A stretch of 63,547 bases of DNA, taken from Candidatus Bruticola sp. (GTDB lineage: Bacteria > Vulcanimicrobiota > Xenobia > Xenobiales > Xenobiaceae). Location: positions 12,167 to 75,713 of the forward strand of contig JBJEGD010000034.1 in assembly GCA_051874735.1 (NCBI GenBank). Direction: 5' to 3'. The notes beneath the pieces are model-generated. The model saw only the letters and a list, made by a program, of their open reading frames with translations. It made no database searches and was not told the origin of the DNA. The first letter of the stretch is position 1. The number at the start of each line of letters is the position of its first letter. Of this stretch, positions 56,447 through 63,547 are shown in pieces. The translations under genes and the position numbers were made by a program.

Positions 56447-57262
56447 TTAATCGATAATATTTTCTAAACCTACTACCATGCCGTCCAAACTGCGCACTTT
56501 TTGAATGGAAATAACTACGCCCGACATAAAACATTCTCGGGATAAAGCGCTATGGTTTATAGTTAAAGTCTCCCCCTGAGCCCCCAATAAAATTTCCTGA
56601 TCGGCCAAGTAGCCAGGCATGCGTACAGAGTGGATGCGTATGCCTCCGTACTTGCCGCCCCTAACCCCTTTTACTGATTCTTCACCTTCAACAGGAGCTC
56701 TGAATTTGCCCCCGGAAGCTCTAGCCATGATCTCCGCGGTATAAAGGGCGGTTCCCGAAGGTGCATCAAGCTTGCGTTCATGGTGCTTTTCAATAATTTC
56801 GGCCCAGTGGAAATATTTAGAGGCCATTTTAGCGAACTTCATCATTAAAGCGGCACCCATAGCGAAATTAGGAGCAAACAACACAGGATGAGAGCGTTCT
56901 TTAGCTAGAACTGCTATTGCCTCAGAATCAGCGTTAGATATACCGGTGGAACCGATAACACAAGCTACGTTATATTCAATAGCTTTAAAAACAACTTCTT
57001 TAATAAAGCTACCTGTAGACACTTCCACTAAAACACCACCGCGAGCGGCCGACAAAGCCTGATCGATATCGGTAGTAACAATTACACCACACGGTTCCCC
57101 CGCTACTAATTCTCCGATATCTTCGCCCAAATGGCGAGCATGGCCGATGGCTCCAACCAATTCCATATCCACCTGGCCTAGAATAGTAGATACAATCTCA
57201 CGTCCCATACGACCGGTAGCTCCAGAGACTACTACTGGAATAGGGCTAAGCATATTGTCCAT
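56447..57262 (-). CDS. dapB: 4-hydroxy-tetrahydrodipicolinate reductase
   Basis: GATGRMG, APNF, EKHHERKLDAPSGTA, HSVRMPG. Confidence 0.95.
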   Translation of the reverse strand: MDNMLSPIPVVVSGATGRMGREIVSTILGQVDMELVGAIGHARHLGEDIGELVAGEPCGVIVTTDIDQALSAARGGVLVEVSTGSFIKEVVFKAIEYNVACVIGSTGISNADSEAIAVLAKERSHPVLFAPNFAMGAALMMKFAKMASKYFHWAEIIEKHHERKLDAPSGTALYTAEIMARASGGKFRAPVEGEESVKGVRGGKYGGIRIHSVRMPGYLADQEILLGAQGETLTINHSALSRECFMSGVVISIQKVRSLDGMVVGLENIID

Positions 57263-57363
57263 CAAAACCTCCTAAATATGAGGGCAAACACTATATTTAA
57301 CTACACAATAAATAATATAAGAGACAGCTTAATTTATGAAAAAAGTCCGTTTCCTCTAGTTTT

Positions 57364-58638
57364 TTATAAAGAATATATAGGACCAGCTGCCGCAATCGTA
57401 ATCTTATCTAGATCAAAAAATTTTCGGGAGAATTCTATAATGTCGCTGTTACTGACCATATCTAACTCATGGCCTAGCTCTTCCCAACTAATTTGGCGTC
57501 CCCAAACTCGCTCATTTTGCACAATGCAGCTCATACGTCCGAAACTAGATTCCAAGCTCAAAGCGTAAGAGCTTTTAATATGTTGGCGGGCTCTTTCTAA
57601 CTCGCTGTCAGTAATGCCGTTGGCAGCGATATCAGCGAATATTTTGCGTACACGGTCTAGAACGGCAGCAACGTTAACCGCTGAAGCGCTAACCTCAACT
57701 CCAAAAAGTCCGGTGTCACTATAAGAAGAGCGGAAAGTTTCCACAGAATAAGCTAAACCGCTTTTTTCTCTAATTTCTTGAAAGAGACGGCAAGATAGAG
57801 AACCACCTAAAACGCTATCTAAAATTGAGAGAATATAGCCGCGCTTGTCATTTTGGGATAAGCACTGCCATCCGCAGCAGATACTTACCTGCTCTGTAGG
57901 GCGATGCTTGACAACTGTTGAGACAGCGGCTTTCGGAGTTCCTCCAGGAGGACAGGCCCACCAAAGATCAGGGCCAGATGCAGCAGGCGCAACGGAAGAC
58001 TTAGAGGCCAACCATCCACTCTGCAGATAATTTTCAGCTAAATTTAGAAGTTGATTATGTTCGATTCCCCCGGCCGCAGCAACAATAATGCGCTCCGGAC
58101 GATAACAACGGTACTGATACTTAAAAATATCCTCCCGAGTAAAACTTTGCACCGATCCGATATCACCTTGGATTGGCCTTCCTAACGGATGGTTAGGCCA
58201 GATAGCCGTATAGAAAAGATCGGAAGCTAACTCATCAGTATCGTCTTCCACCATTTTAATCTCTTCGCAGACGACCCCCTTTTCTCGCCTGAGTTCCGTA
58301 TCTGAAAAAGAAGAATTAACCAACATATCGGCTAAAATTTCAAAAGCCTGATTAATATGCTCGTTTAGCACCACAGTGTACAAACAGGTTTGCTCCTGTT
58401 CTGTAAAAGCATTCATCCGGCCGCCCAACAGATCCATATCTTGAGCTAGGCGCAAAGCCGTTCTCCGCTCAGTGCCTTTAAATAGCATATGTTCCAAAAA
58501 ATGAGCCATGCCCAGACAACCTGGCTCATCGAAGCGAGCCCCGCTCTGAACCCAAACTCCTAAAGAACAGGAAGCGAACTGCGGAATTTCTTCGCTAATG
58601 ACTAAAATGCCGTTTGCTAACTCGGTTTTTTTTATCAT
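57364..58638 (-). CDS. M16 family zinc peptidase (MlpA-like)
   Basis: HFLEH inverted zinc motif, NAFT, RLFQEIREKSGLAYSV. Confidence 0.93.
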   Translation of the reverse strand: MIKKTELANGILVISEEIPQFASCSLGVWVQSGARFDEPGCLGMAHFLEHMLFKGTERRTALRLAQDMDLLGGRMNAFTEQEQTCLYTVVLNEHINQAFEILADMLVNSSFSDTELRREKGVVCEEIKMVEDDTDELASDLFYTAIWPNHPLGRPIQGDIGSVQSFTREDIFKYQYRCYRPERIIVAAAGGIEHNQLLNLAENYLQSGWLASKSSVAPAASGPDLWWACPPGGTPKAAVSTVVKHRPTEQVSICCGWQCLSQNDKRGYILSILDSVLGGSLSCRLFQEIREKSGLAYSVETFRSSYSDTGLFGVEVSASAVNVAAVLDRVRKIFADIAANGITDSELERARQHIKSSYALSLESSFGRMSCIVQNERVWGRQISWEELGHELDMVSNSDIIEFSRKFFDLDKITIAAAGPIYSL

Positions 58639-58881
58639 TTATTTCTGTACAAACAAAAAAATATTAAATAATCTTGATACCGTGTAAGGGCCCGTTTTTT
58701 TCTTGCCTTTGTCCTTCTTTCCTTTACCAGCTCTAAAAGGAAGGATAAAAACAAAAATGAACTTTGCCCCCGCTGCTTTTTAGTGCAGACTGTTTATTAA
58801 AGCACCCCCCACTAAATGCCCTGCAGTCAGCCTAACTTGTATAGAGTTTACTTATCATGCGGTAGATTGGACTCCAAAAAT

Positions 58882-60633
58882 ATGTTATCTGAATTGGCCA
58901 TACACAACTTTGCCTTAGTAGAAAATGAAACTTTTTTCTTTACTGACGGTTTGAATATACTTACCGGTGAAACCGGCGCAGGCAAATCACTCATAATAGA
59001 TGCTATGGGCTTTCTGCTTGGTTCTATGATGCGAGATAAGCCTCTGCGCAGCGGCGCCCAAAGCGGTTTTGTAGCAGCCCGATTTGTCGATTTACCACCG
59101 GAAGTAAAAACAAAACTGGAAGAATTGGGCTTTGAAGAGAGTGAGGAGGGTGAACTGCTCATGAGCCGCGATTTTAAAGCGGCTGGAAGGACATCCTGCC
59201 GTATAAACAGCAAACCCGCTACAGTAGCAGCTTTGCGAGAACTGGGTTCTATGTTGGTAGATCTGCATGGACAGCATCAGCAATATTCCTTGCTCCGTCC
59301 CAATGATCATGGCAAAGTACTTGATAGATACATAATATCACGTTATCCACTTCATGAACAATTACTCAATAAATGTGCGGAATTATATCGTCAATGCCGA
59401 GATTTACACCATGAATTACAGGAACTGCGCGAAGGAGAGCGTTCCCGATTGCGCGAGATAGACTGGGCGGAGCACGAACTGAACGAAATTGAAGAGGCAG
59501 ATCCTAAAATAGGCGAAGATAAAAATTTAGAAGAGCAAATAAAGATTCTATCGTCCGCTGCAGATCTGCGCAACGGCGCTCTTTCTGCCCATGCTGAACT
59601 TATAGCAGAAAATGGTCTGCGCGACAGATTAGCTCTAGTATGTGGCGAACTAAATAACTTAACTAGCCAAGATAAACGCTTGTGCACCATAGTTAACAGC
59701 TTTAATGAAGCTTTAGCTATTATCGACGACAACATTTACGAGCTTAGTGCTTATGCTGACAGCATTACGTCTGATAACGAATGTTTAGACAAACTACAAC
59801 AACGTTACGACAAATTGCGCACTATTATGCGCAAATACGGACCTAATTTGGAAGATGTGCTCAATTACCGTCAAACAACGGCTGAACATCTAGAGCAATT
59901 AAACAACAGTTCTTCCCGCTCGGAGCAACTGGAAAAAACGCTGCTGCAAACTTTGCAGCAGCGCGACGACATTGCGCAACAGCTATCTGACAATAGACAC
60001 AAATTCGCTTCTGAATTGTCCCAAGCAGTAGAGACCGAATTATCTCGAGTAGATATGCCTCACTGCCGCTTTAGCGTATCTTTTGCCAACAATAAAAATG
60101 ACGGGAACCATACGGACAATTTGACAGGGTTAATACCTAAATTTAATGAGTACGGCAACACTGGAGCAGATATTGTAGAATTCGTCATCGCCCCCAATCC
60201 TGGTGAAGCTCCCAAACCTCTAGCTCAAATAGCTTCCGGAGGTGAAATTTCACGTATTATGCTAGCCTTGCTAAGTCTGTTTTCCGAATTCCAAAAAACA
60301 GCTACTTTTTTCTTTGATGAAATTGATACTGGGTTGGGCGGTCTGGCTGCTCAAGCAGTAGCAGAAAGACTGCGAGTTCTGGCCTCTCGTTCTCAAGTCA
60401 TCTGTATTACTCATTTGCCAATTTTAGCAGTAGTCGGCAAACGTCATCATTACCTTTACAAAGAAATTCAAAATGGACGTACCTCCACTCATGTGCGCAT
60501 TTTAGAAGGCAATGAACGAGAGCAGGAAATTGCCAGAATGATGAGCGGAGGCGCTTCCCTTAATAAAGCTTTAGAACACGCCCAATCGTTACTGGCAGCC
60601 GCCCAAACAGCCTCAAATCGGCCTATCCCTTGA
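58882..60633 (+). CDS. recN: DNA repair protein RecN
   Basis: MLSELAIHNFA start, TGETGAGKS, HGQH, ASGGEISR, FDEIDTG, ITHLP. Confidence 0.95.
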   Translation: MLSELAIHNFALVENETFFFTDGLNILTGETGAGKSLIIDAMGFLLGSMMRDKPLRSGAQSGFVAARFVDLPPEVKTKLEELGFEESEEGELLMSRDFKAAGRTSCRINSKPATVAALRELGSMLVDLHGQHQQYSLLRPNDHGKVLDRYIISRYPLHEQLLNKCAELYRQCRDLHHELQELREGERSRLREIDWAEHELNEIEEADPKIGEDKNLEEQIKILSSAADLRNGALSAHAELIAENGLRDRLALVCGELNNLTSQDKRLCTIVNSFNEALAIIDDNIYELSAYADSITSDNECLDKLQQRYDKLRTIMRKYGPNLEDVLNYRQTTAEHLEQLNNSSSRSEQLEKTLLQTLQQRDDIAQQLSDNRHKFASELSQAVETELSRVDMPHCRFSVSFANNKNDGNHTDNLTGLIPKFNEYGNTGADIVEFVIAPNPGEAPKPLAQIASGGEISRIMLALLSLFSEFQKTATFFFDEIDTGLGGLAAQAVAERLRVLASRSQVICITHLPILAVVGKRHHYLYKEIQNGRTSTHVRILEGNEREQEIARMMSGGASLNKALEHAQSLLAAAQTASNRPIP

Positions 60634-60740
60634 CGCACGAAAACTTCCAAGTAAAATATCATAGGTTATAATGTCCGTTTGTATATTAAACGGTGTACTT
60701 CAGCAGAACACCGCCGAAAAGGCATTTCAGGAGGCTCTTA

Positions 60741-63547
60741 TTGTCCAAGCGTCTTATTATTGCCGAAAAGCCCAGCGTAGCTAAAGATATAGCCAAAGCT
60801 CTGGGAGGCTGCAGAGATGAGAAAGAATATCTAGAGAGTGAAGAAAACGTTATTACTTGGGCAGTTGGCCATCTGGTTGAATTTATTGCACCTGAAGAAA
60901 TTGATCCCAAGTATAAGGCCTGGAAGCTTGAAGACCTGCCGATTATTCCCAAATCGTTCAGTTTAAAAGCTAAAGACAGGTGTACTCCTAGGCTGCGTAT
61001 TATTGCCAAACTAGGCAAACGTCCCGACATAGATGCCGTCATAAACGCTTGCGATGCCGGACGCGAAGGTGAACTAATTTTTCGCGAGTTAATCTCCTTC
61101 TGTAAGATAAAAAAACCAATTTTGCGCCTTTGGCTTCAATCTATGACTCCCGAAGCGATACGCAGTGGCTTCGATTCATTAAAAGCAGGAGCTGAATACG
61201 AGAACCTCTATCAGGCAGCTCAATGCCGGGCAGAAGCAGACTGGCTAATCGGCATAAATTCCACTAGGGCCCTAACCAGACGCTTAAAGACACGCACCGA
61301 AAAAGTTTCCTGGTCAGCCGGACGTGTTCAAACTCCCACTTTAGCTATGCTACAGAGCCATGAGCTCGATATTTTAAAATTTCGTCCAGCTCCCTATTGG
61401 CGTTTAAAGGCTGAATTTGAGCTTCAAAGCGATTCTGTAGCGAATTGCGGAACAAAGCCACATACTTATGAAGCGGTTTACTTTGATCCTACATTTAATG
61501 CCAAACAGATGGGAGAAGATAAAAATTTCAAAGGACGCGACGAGGCTATTTTTGATAAGAATGAGGCAGAACGAATTGAAAAAGCCGTCAAGAACCGCTG
61601 CGGCAGCGTTGTAGAGACGCGCCGTCCTAAACAGGAGGCAGCCCAACCACTTTTCGATTTGACATCTCTACAGAGAGAAGCTAACCGGCGCTTCGGTATG
61701 TCGGCCAAAAATACTTTAGCTGCTGCTCAACGCCTTTACGAGAGCCATAAGCTTATCACTTATCCGCGTACATCTTCTAAGTGCCTACCTAGCGATTATG
61801 TGGGCCAAGTCCGAAGAATTTGGTCAATTATAAGCAATTATCAAAATCGCCCGCAAGAGGGCTTCCTCGATTTTCCCCTCTATGCCTCTGCTGCGCAAAA
61901 ATTAGAGCACGACTCTCAAATACGCAACTATGCCAAAATTTTTGACAACTCGCGCATTTCCGATCACTTTGCTATTATCCCCACTACTCAGACTGTGGGG
62001 CACAGTTTGCGAGACGATGAAGCCAAAATTTACAATTTAATTTTGCGCCGCTTTTTGGCAGCCTTCTTTCCTCCCTCAGTTACAGCCGTAATCGAAAGAA
62101 TTACTACTGTCAAAGCAGAGGAAGAGGTCTTTCATTTTCGCACTAGGGCTAACTTATTATGCGAAAAAGGCTGGAAAGAAGTTTATGGCATTGAAAGCAA
62201 AGAGGAAAGTGCAACTCTGCCTGAATTAAGTTCATCTCTCGATCACCCAACACCAGTCAAAAATACTAAAACTAAATTAAAAGATGAAATAACCAAACCG
62301 CCTGCACGCATTACTGAAGCCCGATTGCTCAGCTTAATGGAAAAAGCCGGCAAACAAGTAGAAGATGAAGATTTTTCTAATGCCATAGAAGAAACAGGCT
62401 TAGGAACTCCGGCAACTAGAGCTGAAATCATCGAAGCGCTGCTGGCCAGAGGCTACATTGAACGAGCTGATCACGGTTTAAAAGCTACCACTAAAGGTAT
62501 TATTCTAATCGATTTACTAAAGCGCATTGGCTGCTGCCGTTTAGCTTCTCCAGAACTGACTGGTCAAATGGAATATAATTTGAACCAAGTTGAACACGGC
62601 AGCTATAAGCGCAAGGCTTACATGAATGATATTGTAAGCTATACTCAGGATATAGTAGAAAAGACCAAAGATTTTGAATATATCGATATCTATGCCAACG
62701 AAGAACCTCTAGGAGAGTGTCCGATCTGCCACAAACGTGTATATGAAAAGATGCGTTTTTATGCTTGTGAAGCTAATCAGGGCAAGGACGGTGAGGGGTG
62801 TCCGTTCATTGTTTGGAAAGACAAAAATGGGCGGTACATAGATACTCTCACTATGAGCGAACTGCTTGAGCACGGTGAAACGGAGTATCTAGAAGGCTTC
62901 AAGGGCAGTGGCCGCCAGACCTACCGCGCTAAACTGCGTTTAAAAAGTAATAATTTGGAGATAGAAACTGATAGCGGTACGATTATCTCCGACGATATAA
63001 ACCTGCCTGTCAGTCAAGATATTTTAGGCGTTTGTCCCTTCGACAAAAATTGCTACGTTACTGAAAGTGCCTCCAGTTACCAATGTCAGCAAGTCTGTGT
63101 GCAGAATGGCACTCATAAAAAGGGCTTCTCCATGCCGCGCATTATTTGTCAACGTCCTATAACTCATGCTGATTTGACTCACTTCCTCAGTGAAGGGCGC
63201 ACCGAACTGCTGGATAATTTTGTGTCCAGATTTAACAAACCTTTCAAAGGCTATATTGTACTTAATAAAAACACAGGAAGGTACGCCTTTGAATTTGCTC
63301 CCAGATTTGGTAAAACTACTGCAACAGAATCATTGATAACTAAAGCTGACAGCGGCGAAAATAGCCAGGCAGAACCGCCGAAAACTAAGCGGACTTCTAG
63401 AAAAAAAGAAGCCGAAAACAGCGAAAATAGCCAGGCAAAACCGCCGAAAACTAAGCGGACTTCTAAGAAAAAAGAAGCCGACAGCGGCGAAAATAGCCAA
63501 GCAGAACCGCCGAAAACTAAGCGGACTTCTAGAAAAAAAGAAGCCGA
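60741..63547 (+). CDS. topB: DNA topoisomerase III (type IA), 3' end beyond the window; absent from the ORF track because there is no stop codon
   Basis: CAGGAGG RBS + TTG; manual translation gives MSKRLIIAEKPSVAKDIA, DAGREGE, ADWLIGINSTR, GRVQTPTL, LITYPRT (catalytic Tyr), GTPATRA; spot-checked motifs share one frame. Confidence 0.92.
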   Translation, partial: MSKRLIIAEKPSVAKDIAKALGGCRDEKEYLESEENVITWAVGHLVEFIAPEEIDPKYKAWKLEDLPIIPKSFSLKAKDRCTPRLRIIAKLGKRPDIDAVINACDAGREGELIFRELISFCKIKKPILRLWLQSMTPEAIRSGFDSLKAGAEYENLYQAAQCRAEADWLIGINSTRALTRRLKTRTEKVSWSAGRVQTPTLAMLQSHELDILKFRPAPYWRLKAEFELQSDSVANCGTKPHTYEAVYFDPTFNAKQMGEDKNFKGRDEAIFDKNEAERIEKAVKNRCGSVVETRRPKQEAAQPLFDLTSLQREANRRFGMSAKNTLAAAQRLYESHKLITYPRTSSKCLPSDYVGQVRRIWSIISNYQNRPQEGFLDFPLYASAAQKLEHDSQIRNYAKIFDNSRISDHFAIIPTTQTVGHSLRDDEAKIYNLILRRFLAAFFPPSVTAVIERITTVKAEEEVFHFRTRANLLCEKGWKEVYGIESKEESATLPELSSSLDHPTPVKNTKTKLKDEITKPPARITEARLLSLMEKAGKQVEDEDFSNAIEETGLGTPATRAEIIEALLARGYIERADHGLKATTKGIILIDLLKRIGCCRLASPELTGQMEYNLNQVEHGSYKRKAYMNDIVSYTQDIVEKTKDFEYIDIYANEEPLGECPICHKRVYEKMRFYACEANQGKDGEGCPFIVWKDKNGRYIDTLTMSELLEHGETEYLEGFKGSGRQTYRAKLRLKSNNLEIETDSGTIISDDINLPVSQDILGVCPFDKNCYVTESASSYQCQQVCVQNGTHKKGFSMPRIICQRPITHADLTHFLSEGRTELLDNFVSRFNKPFKGYIVLNKNTGRYAFEFAPRFGKTTATESLITKADSGENSQAEPPKTKRTSRKKEAENSENSQAKPPKTKRTSKKKEADSGENSQAEPPKTKRTSRKKEA
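63345..63547 (+). repeat. 66-bp coding tandem repeat (3 full units and the start of a 4th)
   Basis: Units start at 63345, 63411, 63477, 63543; encode about ADSGENSQAEPPKTKRTSRKKE in the topB frame. Confidence 0.92.

Noticed and set aside
60686-62431. Short minus-strand ORFs suggesting a gene-poor right end
   Set aside because: They are antisense to the long topB frame starting at 60741, which the ORF track omitted because it has no stop in the window
63345-63547. Terminal repeats as a CRISPR array
   Set aside because: Head-to-tail 66-bp units with no unique spacers, in frame within topB

Overview
A 63.5-kb bacterial chromosomal segment (roughly mid-40s % GC by eye), mostly housekeeping. In order: a minus-strand tRNA cluster (Val-Asp-Phe-Asp), the grpE-dnaK-dnaJ-prmA-rsmE operon, a two-gene fused 2-oxoacid:ferredoxin oxidoreductase, several hypothetical/envelope genes, a pgpH-ybeY-(RNase H-like/Nudix)-radical SAM operon, an orphan PTS IIC, a full suf operon, two DUF6273-like genes, a type II secretion-like cluster (gspC divergent from gspL/M/N/D/E/F), arcC, glyA, copA, ftsY, a ThrE pair, an HD hydrolase, two prepilin-like genes, a MazG-like gene, M16 peptidase-dapB-asd-aspartokinase, recN, and a topoisomerase III gene that runs off the window in a 66-bp tandem repeat. 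DnaK lacks the Proteobacteria-type insert although a secretin is present, which suggests a diderm Terrabacteria lineage (Eremiobacterota/Xenobia is my unverified guess). I saw no CRISPR array, transposase, integrase or reverse transcriptase. Best leads: (1) two CLec/DUF6273-like genes whose 3' ends look like diversity-generating retroelement variable regions with no local RT or template; (2) a catalytically degenerate RNase H domain fused to an intact Nudix hydrolase next to ybeY; (3) an in-frame internal ribosome-binding site that could yield a CopZ-like chaperone from the 3' end of copA; (4) unusual extensions on GrpE, SufS and TopB. All calls come from motif recognition by eye; no searches were run.
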